From a virus, in IMG/VR virus record IMGVR_UViG_3300042880_000852: a stretch of DNA of 64,000 nucleotides; one strand, given 5' to 3'. Of the stretch, positions 17,161 through 27,201 are shown in pieces. Position 1 is the first letter of the stretch. The number at the start of each line of letters is the position of its first letter. The notes beneath the pieces were generated by a model. That model was not told the DNA's origin and ran no database searches. It saw only the letters and a program-made list of their open reading frames with translations. Position numbers and translations under genes: made by a program.

Positions 17161-17362
17161 ATTTATATTTTATTGTACAATATTAATCTTATGAAAAATT
17201 ATTTTGTTAATGCTTATGTTAGAAGTAGGTCATCTAGTTTTATAGACGCTCATATAAGAATGATGGAAATGTATGTACCGTATCTTAAAAACGGTAAATT
17301 AGAATACAAAGAAAAATCGATTGAACCTGAATATAGGTTAAAACCACATATATTTATTAGCA

Positions 17363-17602
17363 ATGGAAGATAAAGCTAGTAAAGTGTTTATTATTTTGGA
17401 TTCACTACTTGAATCTAAAGCTAGATATATTGAAATATCTAAAAACGGTGAGTCTATTTTTAAAGTTAAATTGATTACTGAGGCTGAAGACATGGTTGAG
17501 TTTTTGGATGGTTTTTTTGATAACGGTTTTACTGTTAAAGAAATTAGTAAAAAAGAATTTGACGATTTTGAAGGTATAGAAACTTTAAAATTTAATATCT
17601 AA
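17363..17602 (+). CDS. hypothetical acidic protein
   Basis: 79-aa ORF. Confidence 0.35.
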   Translation: MEDKASKVFIILDSLLESKARYIEISKNGESIFKVKLITEAEDMVEFLDGFFDNGFTVKEISKKEFDDFEGIETLKFNI

Positions 17603-17633
17603 AGACATATTTATTATTAAACATAAAGGTAAA

Positions 17634-18047
17634 ATGAAAAAGAGAGTTAGAATTAACAATGATAAAGTTAAAAAACTTGTTAGTGAAAAACTAAAACAGG
17701 GTGGTACCTTTGTGCATGAATCTAAAATTGATAAAGCAATTAAACAATATTTAAGTGAACGTAAAGAAGGTTTAGACCCTGAAAACGCTCCTGAATATGA
17801 AGAAAAAAACTTTAGTGATAGAGCTAGAAAAAGTTTTAGTGATATGACTAAGGCTTTATACGATATTGTAGAAGATTTAATGATAATTCAGGCCAAAGAA
17901 CCAGATGTTTTAGTAGATATGTACCCAGAAGAGGTATATTCGGAAGGTTATATAGAGGAAGTTGTTAACCAATTAGAGCTTATTATAGAACATCTTGAAT
18001 ACTTGGAAGGTCTTAACCCGGAAGATTTCGAGGATTTTAAAAAGTAA
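17634..18047 (+). CDS. hypothetical acidic protein with leader-like N-terminus (VRINNDKVKKLVSEKLKQ)
   Basis: N-terminal similarity to the VRLNENDIE-LVKKIIKE leader family. Confidence 0.4.
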   Translation: MKKRVRINNDKVKKLVSEKLKQGGTFVHESKIDKAIKQYLSERKEGLDPENAPEYEEKNFSDRARKSFSDMTKALYDIVEDLMIIQAKEPDVLVDMYPEEVYSEGYIEEVVNQLELIIEHLEYLEGLNPEDFEDFKK

Positions 18048-18097
18048 TATTTAGTATCAATTATAAATTATTTAGTTTTATCTAAACAATCAAATTT

Positions 18098-18343
18098 ATG
18101 ATAGATGAATTATACGATTCCGTATTAAGTATTACAAATCAAACAGGTTATATAGATAAAATAGCAGAATTTGAAGATAAAAAATCTTATTTACGCTGGT
18201 CTTCGAACAATCTATTCAAACACAATAACCATAAAATTTACAATCCAAATTACCCAATAAAAACTTTTTCACACGATTACAATTTTAGACTACCTTTTTC
18301 TTTTATAATAAAAGAAGATGGTACCATTGACAATGTTGATTGA
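18098..18343 (+). CDS. hypothetical protein
   Basis: 81-aa ORF. Confidence 0.35.
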   Translation: MIDELYDSVLSITNQTGYIDKIAEFEDKKSYLRWSSNNLFKHNNHKIYNPNYPIKTFSHDYNFRLPFSFIIKEDGTIDNVD

Positions 18344-18355
18344 TATTTATATCTG

Positions 18356-19573
18356 ATGGCAATTAAAGGACATAAAGAAAGAGCGTTATTACGTAGAGGT
18401 TATCAAGTTCAAGAGGCATTAAAAAGAAGACCTATGTTGAATGAAACTTCTTTTTTACGTAGAAGTCTGATTTCTGAAAGTATTGATGCAGAAAAAAATT
18501 TAAAACTAAGCCAACTTTGTGGGGAAGATATATCACACAACATCAAAGATAGTGTGTATTGTGATTTAGCTAAAATTTTAGATGAATTACCACAAGCTTT
18601 AGCTGAAGAAACTTATGGTGCAATAGTTAATTTATATAACTTTTTTAAACCCATTAAAAAAGATAATAGGATTGTTTTTATAAAAACTATCAAAGTTATT
18701 TTAAAAAATGAAAATCCAGCCAACTCTTTAAGGTTAATATCTAAATTTTTAAAAGACCCTGAATTTGAAAAAGATGATGTTAAAAAAGCACTTATAAGTT
18801 TTAGAAATAAAGAATCTGTACCACAAAACCAGTTAGAAGAATTTTTAAAGAAAGCTAGATATAAAGAGTATTCTAAATACGAAGAATCTTTTTCAGGTAA
18901 TAATTTTGATTTATTAAGAGGTAAAAGTAAATTAAGTCATGGTCAAATAAATCCCGAAACTGGTAAATCAGAATCATTTTTTAAAATGGTTAGAAGTGTT
19001 TATGAAGGAAATATTGATGTTAAATTATTTATCGATTCAGTCTCTAAGGCTGTATTAAATACTGATATAGAAGACTTACTTTTTAAATCAGATTTAAAAG
19101 TAAAAAGTGATTTAATGGTTGGTGAAGATGTTATAATCCCACAGGGTTCCAGTATTGAGGTTAAAAAATTTGATTACGAAATTGATAGTTATTTTTCAGA
19201 ATATTTTGCTATATACAAAAATAGTGACATACCTGAAATAGCTTACGAGGAAGATTTTAAAGATTTATATAATTACATTATTGATAGTATTTTTAAAAAT
19301 GTTGAAAAAAATGGTCAATACATGATTAACAAAATCTCTGATAATGTTGATGGTATTATGTACGACAGAAACATTATTGTGTTAAAAAAAGATATTGAGT
19401 TTTACTGGAGTAATAAAGGTCAAAGAGGTTGTGATGAACGTAGATTAAGTGTTAGGTTTAGAATAAAAAACCCAAACATTATCGCTTACACGTATGATTC
19501 AAAAACACACAGTAACCAGTTAATCCCTCAAGAGCTTGACGTTGATGTTAAGTCTAAAGTTTTTTGTCAGTAA
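18356..19573 (+). CDS. hypothetical protein
   Basis: 405-aa ORF, no recognised motif. Confidence 0.5.
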   Translation: MAIKGHKERALLRRGYQVQEALKRRPMLNETSFLRRSLISESIDAEKNLKLSQLCGEDISHNIKDSVYCDLAKILDELPQALAEETYGAIVNLYNFFKPIKKDNRIVFIKTIKVILKNENPANSLRLISKFLKDPEFEKDDVKKALISFRNKESVPQNQLEEFLKKARYKEYSKYEESFSGNNFDLLRGKSKLSHGQINPETGKSESFFKMVRSVYEGNIDVKLFIDSVSKAVLNTDIEDLLFKSDLKVKSDLMVGEDVIIPQGSSIEVKKFDYEIDSYFSEYFAIYKNSDIPEIAYEEDFKDLYNYIIDSIFKNVEKNGQYMINKISDNVDGIMYDRNIIVLKKDIEFYWSNKGQRGCDERRLSVRFRIKNPNIIAYTYDSKTHSNQLIPQELDVDVKSKVFCQ

Positions 19574-20361
19574 TTTTTAACGACACTTTTAGCTGTTATA
19601 GCGTTGTAGTTAATTAAAATTTTACACAAATCTATTGGTATTATTACTCTGTCAGATTCAAAAATAAATTTTTTAGGTTGATTATCGAAAACTGCGACGT
19701 GATACTCCTGACCACTCTGTTTCCCAAAAATTATCAAATCAGTGTTGTAATCTCTTCTTAGAGAATCTGTCGATACATACCAATATTTTTTACCTTTTGA
19801 TAGATTTTCAAAAGTTTTAACTTGTGCAGTTGACGATTTTCTAGGAAATCCGTTATAATTTGATTCTATAGACATATCAATACCTGCAAAATCTAAACTA
19901 CCACCAGCTTCGGAAACCATAGTAACTTTAGTTTCAGGTAATGATTCTAAAACAATTTTAACAAAATTTTCCCTTTTAACCCCACTACGTCTTGTTTTAT
20001 TTACCGTATTTACAATATCATTTTTTAAAGTAGAGTTTGGACCAAAAATATTTTGTCTTTCTTGCCATAATAATCTAAAAAAATTACGGTTACCTTCATC
20101 TTCGGTGTAACTTTTATTAAAATCTATAGTAAAATCACCAATATTTTTTAAATAAGGTATAACAATTTTATCTCTAACAATATAATGTGTATTAATAAAA
20201 TTATAATTTGACCAATTAAGGTCATCTTCGTCAGTCAAAGGTCTAACTACGCCTTCATTACCGGCAGAACCAATACCCCAATATGGAGTATTTTCATATA
20301 TATCTTTAATAATGTTACTTATCGCAACTTTATAATCGTTTTCAAATTTAGTACGTGCCAT
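19567..20361 (-). CDS. hypothetical protein
   Basis: 264-aa ORF convergent with 18356..19573. Confidence 0.5.
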   Translation of the reverse strand: MARTKFENDYKVAISNIIKDIYENTPYWGIGSAGNEGVVRPLTDEDDLNWSNYNFINTHYIVRDKIVIPYLKNIGDFTIDFNKSYTEDEGNRNFFRLLWQERQNIFGPNSTLKNDIVNTVNKTRRSGVKRENFVKIVLESLPETKVTMVSEAGGSLDFAGIDMSIESNYNGFPRKSSTAQVKTFENLSKGKKYWYVSTDSLRRDYNTDLIIFGKQSGQEYHVAVFDNQPKKFIFESDRVIIPIDLCKILINYNAITAKSVVKNY

Positions 20362-20406
20362 TTAGTTAAATTTTGATATTTATAAATATAATCAAAAATT
20401 TCTTTA

Positions 20407-22083
20407 ATGAACATAATTTTAGAAAACATAAGAAAAGTTTTATTAGAAAACAGGGTTGATGATGTTAAGAAAAAATATCCTGAAGTTGACCCTGCTATTA
20501 TTGACTATTTTGTAAAAGAAGACCCGTCAGGTAACAACAAATATCTTGATTGGTTGGTTAAGGCTATGACCCATGGACCAACAATCCAATCTGTTGAAGA
20601 TATTTTGGATGAGGCTATGCAATTTAACACACCTCAAGAGTTTTTAATGATGTTGGTTAAAAAATTTCACGAATTATTACCTTATATGGTATATGTTGAA
20701 GATGGTAAGAAAGTTGGTACTACTGATTTGTATCAATATAAATTTACTGACAGTGAAATGATTAATTTTTTGGGTTTTGATTTATCTCAAGCAAAAGAAA
20801 GAAAAGACGAAAAGAATAAACAAAAAGACGCGAAGAAAAATTCTGATAAAATCTATGAAGATAAAAATTGGTTGGTAGTTAGACCAAAAAATTGGGAGTC
20901 TTCTTGTGTATATGGAGCCGGTACTAAGTGGTGTACAACATCCAAAGAAAATAGTTCACACTTTAAACGTGAAACTGACCGTAACTTTTTAATTTACGTA
21001 ATTAACAAAAATAAAACTTCTAAAGATACTGAATACAAGGTTGCTTGGCAAATTCCTTATACGAAAAAAGTAAATAAATACGTTACCTCAACACCAGGTA
21101 ACCCATCAGTTTGGACTTTAAATACCGATAAAATTAAATTATGGAATGCTGAGGATACTAATATAGCAAGTAGAGGTTCTTCTGGTTATGATTATTTAGA
21201 TACGGTTCCGGCCTCTGTTAAGGGGAATATTTTAAAATACATGCAAAGACAAATGGATGAAATGTATGCCAACATGGCTTACGTTGAAGATCCTTACACC
21301 CAAGCTTTGGTTGAGCATTTGGCTTTAAGTGAAGAAGAAGTTGAAGAGGTTGAACAAAGAGATTACGGTTATTACGGTATGCGTGTTTATACCGTAGACG
21401 GTAGTGATGATTATGCTGTAGCAACAACAGATGAGGTTGAGAGGGCGAAACACGAATGGGCGGAAAATTATATTAACGATTTAGGTATTTGGGAAGCTAT
21501 TGGTAATAATCCCGAAAAATACATTTATATTAACGACCCAAGGACTATAGCAAATGATATGGCTGAAAATTATATAGGGGATTTAAATGTAACTGACGAT
21601 ATATTACACGAAGGAAAAAGATTGGACAAAGAAACCAAAGCTATGGTTGAAGAATGGGAAGTTAATCAATCAATCATGGAAACTAATCAAGAAGATATTG
21701 ATGATATGATGGAAAGATATGGTGAATTAGATGAAGACGAAGAACAAGAATTGTCAGAATTAGAAATTGAAAATGAATCAATAGAAAAAACAAACGATAA
21801 ACTTTTACAATCTATTAAAGATAGAATTCGTGACGATTATTATGAAACTTATGTTACTCGTATGACAGACGACCCATTAGATTGGTTGGAAGAGTTTGGT
21901 TACTGGAGTAGTAAAACTGGTTTAGATAAATTTGCCATTAAAAACGGTTTGGTTGGTATTGACGAAACCGAATTAATTAATGATATGGCAGATGATTTAG
22001 ATTACGAATATTTTAGTAGGACTGGTAATTACGAGTATGTAAACATAGAAGGTGATAGATACTACATCTTCCCAACAGATTAA
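20407..22083 (+). CDS. paralog-family protein B (NKYLDWL ... YGAGTKWCTT core) with acidic C-terminal region
   Basis: core WLVVRPKNWESSCVYGAGTKWCTTSKENSSHFKRE...LIYVINK aligns with ORFs 11109, 43000 and 62206. Confidence 0.55.
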   Translation: MNIILENIRKVLLENRVDDVKKKYPEVDPAIIDYFVKEDPSGNNKYLDWLVKAMTHGPTIQSVEDILDEAMQFNTPQEFLMMLVKKFHELLPYMVYVEDGKKVGTTDLYQYKFTDSEMINFLGFDLSQAKERKDEKNKQKDAKKNSDKIYEDKNWLVVRPKNWESSCVYGAGTKWCTTSKENSSHFKRETDRNFLIYVINKNKTSKDTEYKVAWQIPYTKKVNKYVTSTPGNPSVWTLNTDKIKLWNAEDTNIASRGSSGYDYLDTVPASVKGNILKYMQRQMDEMYANMAYVEDPYTQALVEHLALSEEEVEEVEQRDYGYYGMRVYTVDGSDDYAVATTDEVERAKHEWAENYINDLGIWEAIGNNPEKYIYINDPRTIANDMAENYIGDLNVTDDILHEGKRLDKETKAMVEEWEVNQSIMETNQEDIDDMMERYGELDEDEEQELSELEIENESIEKTNDKLLQSIKDRIRDDYYETYVTRMTDDPLDWLEEFGYWSSKTGLDKFAIKNGLVGIDETELINDMADDLDYEYFSRTGNYEYVNIEGDRYYIFPTD

Positions 22084-22262
22084 AAAGGGTAAGTATTTGT
22101 TAGAGCAAATATTTTTTCACACTCAAATCTTTCTTTATTTTCCTCATAAAAATCCACAATAGCTTTATCCTCTTGTTGTTTAAGCCATTCTGTGTACTGA
22201 TAATCGTAGTCTTCATTTACACGATTAATTTCATCAATAAATTGTTCTTTAATTCTGCTCAT
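22080..22262 (-). CDS. hypothetical protein
   Basis: 60-aa ORF. Confidence 0.3.
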   Translation of the reverse strand: MSRIKEQFIDEINRVNEDYDYQYTEWLKQQEDKAIVDFYEENKERFECEKIFALTNTYPF

Positions 22263-22498
22263 ACGAATGATAATTTTTTAAGTTCTTGTTTTGGTTTAAT
22301 ATTTTCGATAATTTTTATAACACCCATATTAATATCTCTTTTGAAAATTTCATACCCATACCAACCAGGGTGAACACTATTATTGGTGTTGTAAGTAAAA
22401 CCAGCTACTTCACCATCCAAACCGTAGTTTGGTTCAAAATAATGTTCGAAATAATAATTTGGATATCTTTCTGATAGTGGGTAAACTCTTACTTTCAT
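22259..22498 (-). CDS. hypothetical protein
   Basis: 79-aa ORF. Confidence 0.35.
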   Translation of the reverse strand: MKVRVYPLSERYPNYYFEHYFEPNYGLDGEVAGFTYNTNNSVHPGWYGYEIFKRDINMGVIKIIENIKPKQELKKLSFV

Positions 22499-22510
22499 AC
22501 CACAAAGATA

Positions 22511-22551
22511 TAAAAAAAATGGGAACCTAAAAAGATTCCCATTGATTTTTT
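22511..22551 (-). terminator. intrinsic terminator for gene 22564..23664
   Basis: atgggaa/ttcccat hairpin with a T8 run on the minus strand. Confidence 0.5.
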
Positions 22552-22563
22552 CTAACTAATTTT

Positions 22564-23664
22564 TTAGAAAACAAATTCACAATCATGTTCCTTTTTGAAC
22601 ATAAATAAACCAGCTTGTTTTCTCAAATCAGCTTTCGCATATTCACCGATACCCATACCATAATCGTGAGATGCCACATCAGTCAAAGAGTTAAGAAGTT
22701 CCCAAGAAGTCATGTTAGTCTTAGCATTTTTCCAATGACGATTAGTCAAAGTATCAAGGTTGTAACCTTTTTGATTGTAATCTGCCTTAATTTCGTTTGT
22801 AGGGAAGAAACGGTCAAGAACTGCCTCAACACGTGCGTCATTCTTGTCAGTAACTTTGTTTGCCACCATTTCACGAAGTTTCATAACTTCATTATAAGAA
22901 GCTGAAATTGAATTCATTTTTCTTACTTGGTCAGAAAACACCCCTTGAAATTTTTGGTTAGTTTCAGCCAAACCTTTAACATCTGTCATAAATTTGTTGA
23001 TACTTTCAATAGAGTTATCCATCAAACGAGGACCCATTTCAAGACGACGAGGACCAACCATCCCGTTCTCACAAACAAGACGAAGAATATAAGGGTCAAT
23101 TGCGATATCCTCAGTAGGACCTGCGGTTACAATAACACCTGTATGGAAAGCTTCATCCTTCAAATCAGGAATATCAAAACCCCAATTACTTTTTACAGTA
23201 GAGATTTGGATGTTTCCGTCACTTGAGATTGACATGTTACCAACATCCAATTGGTGGTCATTGATTACATTTTCAACCATATCAAAATAGAAATCTGTTG
23301 AAATGTATGGTTTACTTGCGTCAGTGATAGCCACAACTCTCATAGTTGAAGGGGATATATAAATCGCCACTTTCATGTCTTTTTGAGTTGCCATCTTGGT
23401 TTTAATGACTTTTACCAATTGGTTACGAGAATTCATACCGAAGATATCAGTAAATTTACCCATAAAAGAATCACTAATCTTAAGAGTTTTAAGTAATGAC
23501 TTAAAAGCCCCAGACGATAGTTTTAATTTTACTCCGTCAATAGAGATATTACCATTACGACTTTCAACATCTTCAAAATCAATGTTAAGTTCAGCAAGAG
23601 TCATATTCTTACGGATGGGATAATTGTCTTTTACTTCTTTTTTAAAATTTTCGTAGTTTTCCAT
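22564..23664 (-). CDS. hypothetical protein
   Basis: 366-aa ORF; TAnnTTTG-like motif upstream on the minus strand. Confidence 0.5.
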   Translation of the reverse strand: MENYENFKKEVKDNYPIRKNMTLAELNIDFEDVESRNGNISIDGVKLKLSSGAFKSLLKTLKISDSFMGKFTDIFGMNSRNQLVKVIKTKMATQKDMKVAIYISPSTMRVVAITDASKPYISTDFYFDMVENVINDHQLDVGNMSISSDGNIQISTVKSNWGFDIPDLKDEAFHTGVIVTAGPTEDIAIDPYILRLVCENGMVGPRRLEMGPRLMDNSIESINKFMTDVKGLAETNQKFQGVFSDQVRKMNSISASYNEVMKLREMVANKVTDKNDARVEAVLDRFFPTNEIKADYNQKGYNLDTLTNRHWKNAKTNMTSWELLNSLTDVASHDYGMGIGEYAKADLRKQAGLFMFKKEHDCEFVF

Positions 23665-23726
23665 ATTTTTTTATTGTTTATACAAATATAATGATTTTTT
23701 TAATAAATACAACACTTTATAGATAA

Positions 23727-24740
23727 TTATCTACCCATTTGGATTATTCTTTCCGCCTCAATTTCATCATCAGATTCACCCTCAAACTCTCTCATTATTT
23801 GTTCTTCAGTTTCACTAGTAAATAAAACATCACTAACGGTATCTTCTTCAACAAATTCTTTTACCAAAGGAACCTTACTATAAATTTCTTTGTCAGAAGT
23901 TTCTGATTGTTGGAGAAGTTCCAAAAGTTTTTGGTCATTTTCATTTTGAAATGAATCCATTTGTTTTTGAATTTCAATAGCCTTTTCTAACTCATTGTAT
24001 TTTTTAGAGTCATAGTTAATCTCACCACTAATTTTATCTAAAACCATATAAAGTTTTTTACGTGTATCACCTCTACGGTTTTTAACATAAACTAAATAAC
24101 GTTGTCCAGTAACTTCATCAACACGAACAAACATCATAGCTGTTGTATTGTGTTTAAGTTTAGTAGAACCTGCGTACTCACCACCTTTAGTGATATGTTG
24201 GATAACATCGAAAGATGTATATTTTTTAAGTTCGTTTTGACCTTTAGTGTGTTTAACTAATAGATTAATTAACCAAGTTTCAACGGTTGAAGCGTTCATC
24301 TTACTTTGTGAGTCTTTGATTTTATCTTTCACATCCATAAAAGAGTCCATGATAACATAATCCCAACCCATATCAAGAGCTTGTTCCAAGGCTAATTTAG
24401 GATTTTCATAATCCGCCATGTAAAGTGTATTCAAATTCATTAATTGTGGGAGTTCTTCAGCTAATTCACGGTTGTCAATTGGATTCATTTCAGATGAAAT
24501 ATAAAGACATTTTTTGTCGGGGTTATAACGTTCAATACCAGTCATTTTATCAACTAACATTGTGGTTTTACCTGAACCTGGTTCACCAACTACAACCGAA
24601 ATGGTTGCTGGCATGGTACCACCTTTTTTAGATATTACAGTATCGATGAATTTACCACTTTTTAATGGGATAAAAACTTCAGGCGGAAAATTAAAGTCAG
24701 TTAGTTTTACAATTTGTACCGATTCTTTTTGTTTTGTCAT
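23727..24740 (-). CDS. RecA-superfamily ATPase (DnaB-C/KaiC/Sak4-like) with acidic C-terminal tail
   Basis: Walker A VVVGEPGSGKTT, YISSEM and VIMDSF (Walker B-like) motifs. Confidence 0.5.
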   Translation of the reverse strand: MTKQKESVQIVKLTDFNFPPEVFIPLKSGKFIDTVISKKGGTMPATISVVVGEPGSGKTTMLVDKMTGIERYNPDKKCLYISSEMNPIDNRELAEELPQLMNLNTLYMADYENPKLALEQALDMGWDYVIMDSFMDVKDKIKDSQSKMNASTVETWLINLLVKHTKGQNELKKYTSFDVIQHITKGGEYAGSTKLKHNTTAMMFVRVDEVTGQRYLVYVKNRRGDTRKKLYMVLDKISGEINYDSKKYNELEKAIEIQKQMDSFQNENDQKLLELLQQSETSDKEIYSKVPLVKEFVEEDTVSDVLFTSETEEQIMREFEGESDDEIEAERIIQMGR

Positions 24741-24809
24741 ACAGTTTGTGTTTAGTTTTATTTACTCTTACAAAGATATAATATTGTTATTTAACAAACA
24801 AATTTATTT

Positions 24810-25046
24810 ATGGAAAACAAAGAAATGGTTAGTCATCCACAACATTATGGTGGTAAAGATAACGTTTATGAGGCAATTAAAGTAATAGATGCTTGGGATT
24901 TAGGATTTTCTTTGGGGAATACCATAAAATATATCTCAAGAGCTGGTAAAAAGAATCAAACTAAAGAATTAGAGGATTTAAAAAAAGCCTTATGGTATTT
25001 AAATCACCATATTAAAACATTAGAAAGTAAATTGAAAGAAAATTAG
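24810..25046 (+). CDS. DUF3310-like phage protein
   Basis: SHPxHY...E.IKVIDAWDLGF.LGN.IKYI.RAG.K pattern of the DUF3310 family. Confidence 0.45.
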   Translation: MENKEMVSHPQHYGGKDNVYEAIKVIDAWDLGFSLGNTIKYISRAGKKNQTKELEDLKKALWYLNHHIKTLESKLKEN

Positions 25047-25073
25047 TGATATTTATTATTAAAGTAATTTTTA

Positions 25074-26504
25074 ATGTCAACTTTATTATTAGAAAACAAA
25101 TATCTCATAACTGAATCTGGTATCAGAGATATAAACAAATTAGCACAACGTTATGATAACGCTAAAATATACTTCCACCAAGACTTAGATGGTGTAACCA
25201 CCGCTATTGCAATGAAAAACTACCTTGAACAAAATGGTATCAAAGTTGTTGAAACAGAAGTTATACAGTATGGTGATAAAGAATTTAGTATTAAAAAACC
25301 AATGGCAAGAGGTGATATAATGCCGGTTTTGGTTGACTTTGCACACGGTAAACCAATGTTTGTTATTCATACTGATCATCACGATAAACAGGTTGGTGCT
25401 GAAAAAGGAGCGTCAACATCTTTTAGACAATCACGTTCAAACGTTGAAACTATTTCACAAATAGTTTCCCCAAAAGAAATATTCCCATACTTAGATGTTT
25501 TAATGATTTCTACTGTTGATAGTGCGGATTATGCTAAAATGGGTATTACCCCTGAACAAGTTATGAACTATGTGTTTGTTTTGGATAAGGAAAAAAGTCT
25601 TGAAAAGAATAAAAAGATGATGGCCCTTGTAACTAACAAATTATTGTTAGCTTATAAAAACAAACCTAAATTTTTAGAAAGGCTGGTTATGGAATCTTCC
25701 GCATCCCTTTTAAGTATATATCAAAATATAGTTAGATTAGCAAAAGAAGAAGGTTATACTTCACCTGAAGTAATGACACAACACGCTAAGGAATACGCTG
25801 AATCAATGAAGACTAGTAAAAATGTATCATATGACCCTACAACTGGTATTATTTCACAGTATGGTGGTGGTTACATGGTAAAACCTGGTTCTTATGATAG
25901 ATACGTACCTTTTAAAAACTTTCCTGAGGCTAATTTCTTAATTATAGCATGGCCTTTAGGTTTACTACAAGCTAGTTGTAACCCATTTAAGGCTGAAAGA
26001 AGTCTTAAAGGTGTTAATTTGGGTGAAATAGCTCAAGAAGTTTTAGTCAAATTTAAACCACAATTAGAACAGTTTGAAATTACTGTTGATACAATCAAAT
26101 ATTTTGCTGAAAAACACAAAGATTTTAGTCAAGAATCAGTTGGTTTTACCTATAATGACCTTATGGCAATTTATGGTCAGACAGAAGGTGGTATCACTGG
26201 TTTAAATACGGTACCCGAAGGTGCTAAAGAAGGTTACACGGTTGAAAGGTGGAGGGAAGCTATTAAAAAAGTTATGGATAAACCTTATACAAGTTTGGGT
26301 GAGAAAGAAATTAAAGCCTTAAAAATGTTAAAAGTTTCGGGGTGGGATATCATTCAAGCTAATAGTGGTGGTCACAAGTGTATAACCAATATTTCAGGTC
26401 TTATGTATTTTGGAAAACAAGGTGTACCTTATCTTAAAGAATTTCAAGCTGAGTTTGAAAAAGAACTTAGAACAAAAATATTAACAAACAATCAAACAAA
26501 ATAA
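25074..26504 (+). CDS. DHH-family phosphoesterase
   Basis: DHH motifs: I HQDLDGV, II VLVDFAHG, III HTDHHD. Confidence 0.65.
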   Translation: MSTLLLENKYLITESGIRDINKLAQRYDNAKIYFHQDLDGVTTAIAMKNYLEQNGIKVVETEVIQYGDKEFSIKKPMARGDIMPVLVDFAHGKPMFVIHTDHHDKQVGAEKGASTSFRQSRSNVETISQIVSPKEIFPYLDVLMISTVDSADYAKMGITPEQVMNYVFVLDKEKSLEKNKKMMALVTNKLLLAYKNKPKFLERLVMESSASLLSIYQNIVRLAKEEGYTSPEVMTQHAKEYAESMKTSKNVSYDPTTGIISQYGGGYMVKPGSYDRYVPFKNFPEANFLIIAWPLGLLQASCNPFKAERSLKGVNLGEIAQEVLVKFKPQLEQFEITVDTIKYFAEKHKDFSQESVGFTYNDLMAIYGQTEGGITGLNTVPEGAKEGYTVERWREAIKKVMDKPYTSLGEKEIKALKMLKVSGWDIIQANSGGHKCITNISGLMYFGKQGVPYLKEFQAEFEKELRTKILTNNQTK

Positions 26505-26530
26505 AAAAGGGGTTTTTAACCCCTTTTTTA
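26503..26530. terminator. bidirectional intrinsic terminator
   Basis: aaaaaaggggtt-ttt-aacccctttttt between convergent genes. Confidence 0.6.
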
Positions 26531-27124
26531 ATCTTTAACATATTTTTCAATATTATCAGCAATGTTTTTTAAATCGGAAAGATAATTCACGTTTCCCGGG
26601 TGTTCGGTATCAAAATAATTCATCTCTTTTAAAAACTGTAAGTAATCTTCTTCTGTTTTTATTTTACTTAAACCTATATAAGTTTGGTAAAAAGCATAAT
26701 CTATGACAGCGTCCTTCCAAGTATCGTAATAAGCGTGTCCGTGTTGTGACCCATTTTGTTTATTTGGTCTTTTATTAGCCTCTTTCATACCAAAAGGGTT
26801 GTGATTATCTTTCCATATTCTAGATTTAAACCCACTTTCTTTAATTGCTTGAGCAAAAACAAGATTAGGAAACTTAATATTAATTTTTTTCAGGTATTCG
26901 TAAAAATTTTTCTTACTAAAAGAGTTATTTTCAGAATCCATGTAAAGTAAAACAACATCATTTTCCGTTATCTTTTCATTTTTACCCACTTTTACCCCTT
27001 GTTTGTAACAAATAACGCTAATTACAAAATAAAACCATATAACTGCTAATATTACAAATAAAATAGTTTTAGGATTTATTTTAACCATTTCAAGTCCTGT
27101 TTTGTCCCATCGATAAATTTTCAT
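26528..27124 (-). CDS. glucosaminidase-domain (GH73/FlgJ-like) peptidoglycan hydrolase with N-terminal transmembrane anchor
   Basis: FAQAIKESGFKS...NPFGMK glucosaminidase signature; N-terminal helix ILFVILAVIWFYFVISVI. Confidence 0.6.
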   Translation of the reverse strand: MKIYRWDKTGLEMVKINPKTILFVILAVIWFYFVISVICYKQGVKVGKNEKITENDVVLLYMDSENNSFSKKNFYEYLKKINIKFPNLVFAQAIKESGFKSRIWKDNHNPFGMKEANKRPNKQNGSQHGHAYYDTWKDAVIDYAFYQTYIGLSKIKTEEDYLQFLKEMNYFDTEHPGNVNYLSDLKNIADNIEKYVKD

Positions 27125-27170
27125 AATTTAATTTTTTTTAATTTAAACAAATATAATCAAAATATTAACA

Positions 27171-27199
27171 AAAAACCCCTCAAAAGAGGGGTTTTTTAG
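27171..27199. terminator. bidirectional intrinsic terminator
   Basis: aaaaa-cccctc-aaaa-gagggg-tttttt; follows the ClpC-like gene on the minus strand. Confidence 0.6.
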
Positions 27200-27201
27200 T
27201 A

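Noticed and set aside
22927-23623. Plus-strand ORFs 22615..22905, 22927..23226 and 23396..23623
   Set aside because: All lie antisense to the 366-aa minus-strand gene 22564..23664, which has a terminator and promoter motif consistent with the minus orientation.
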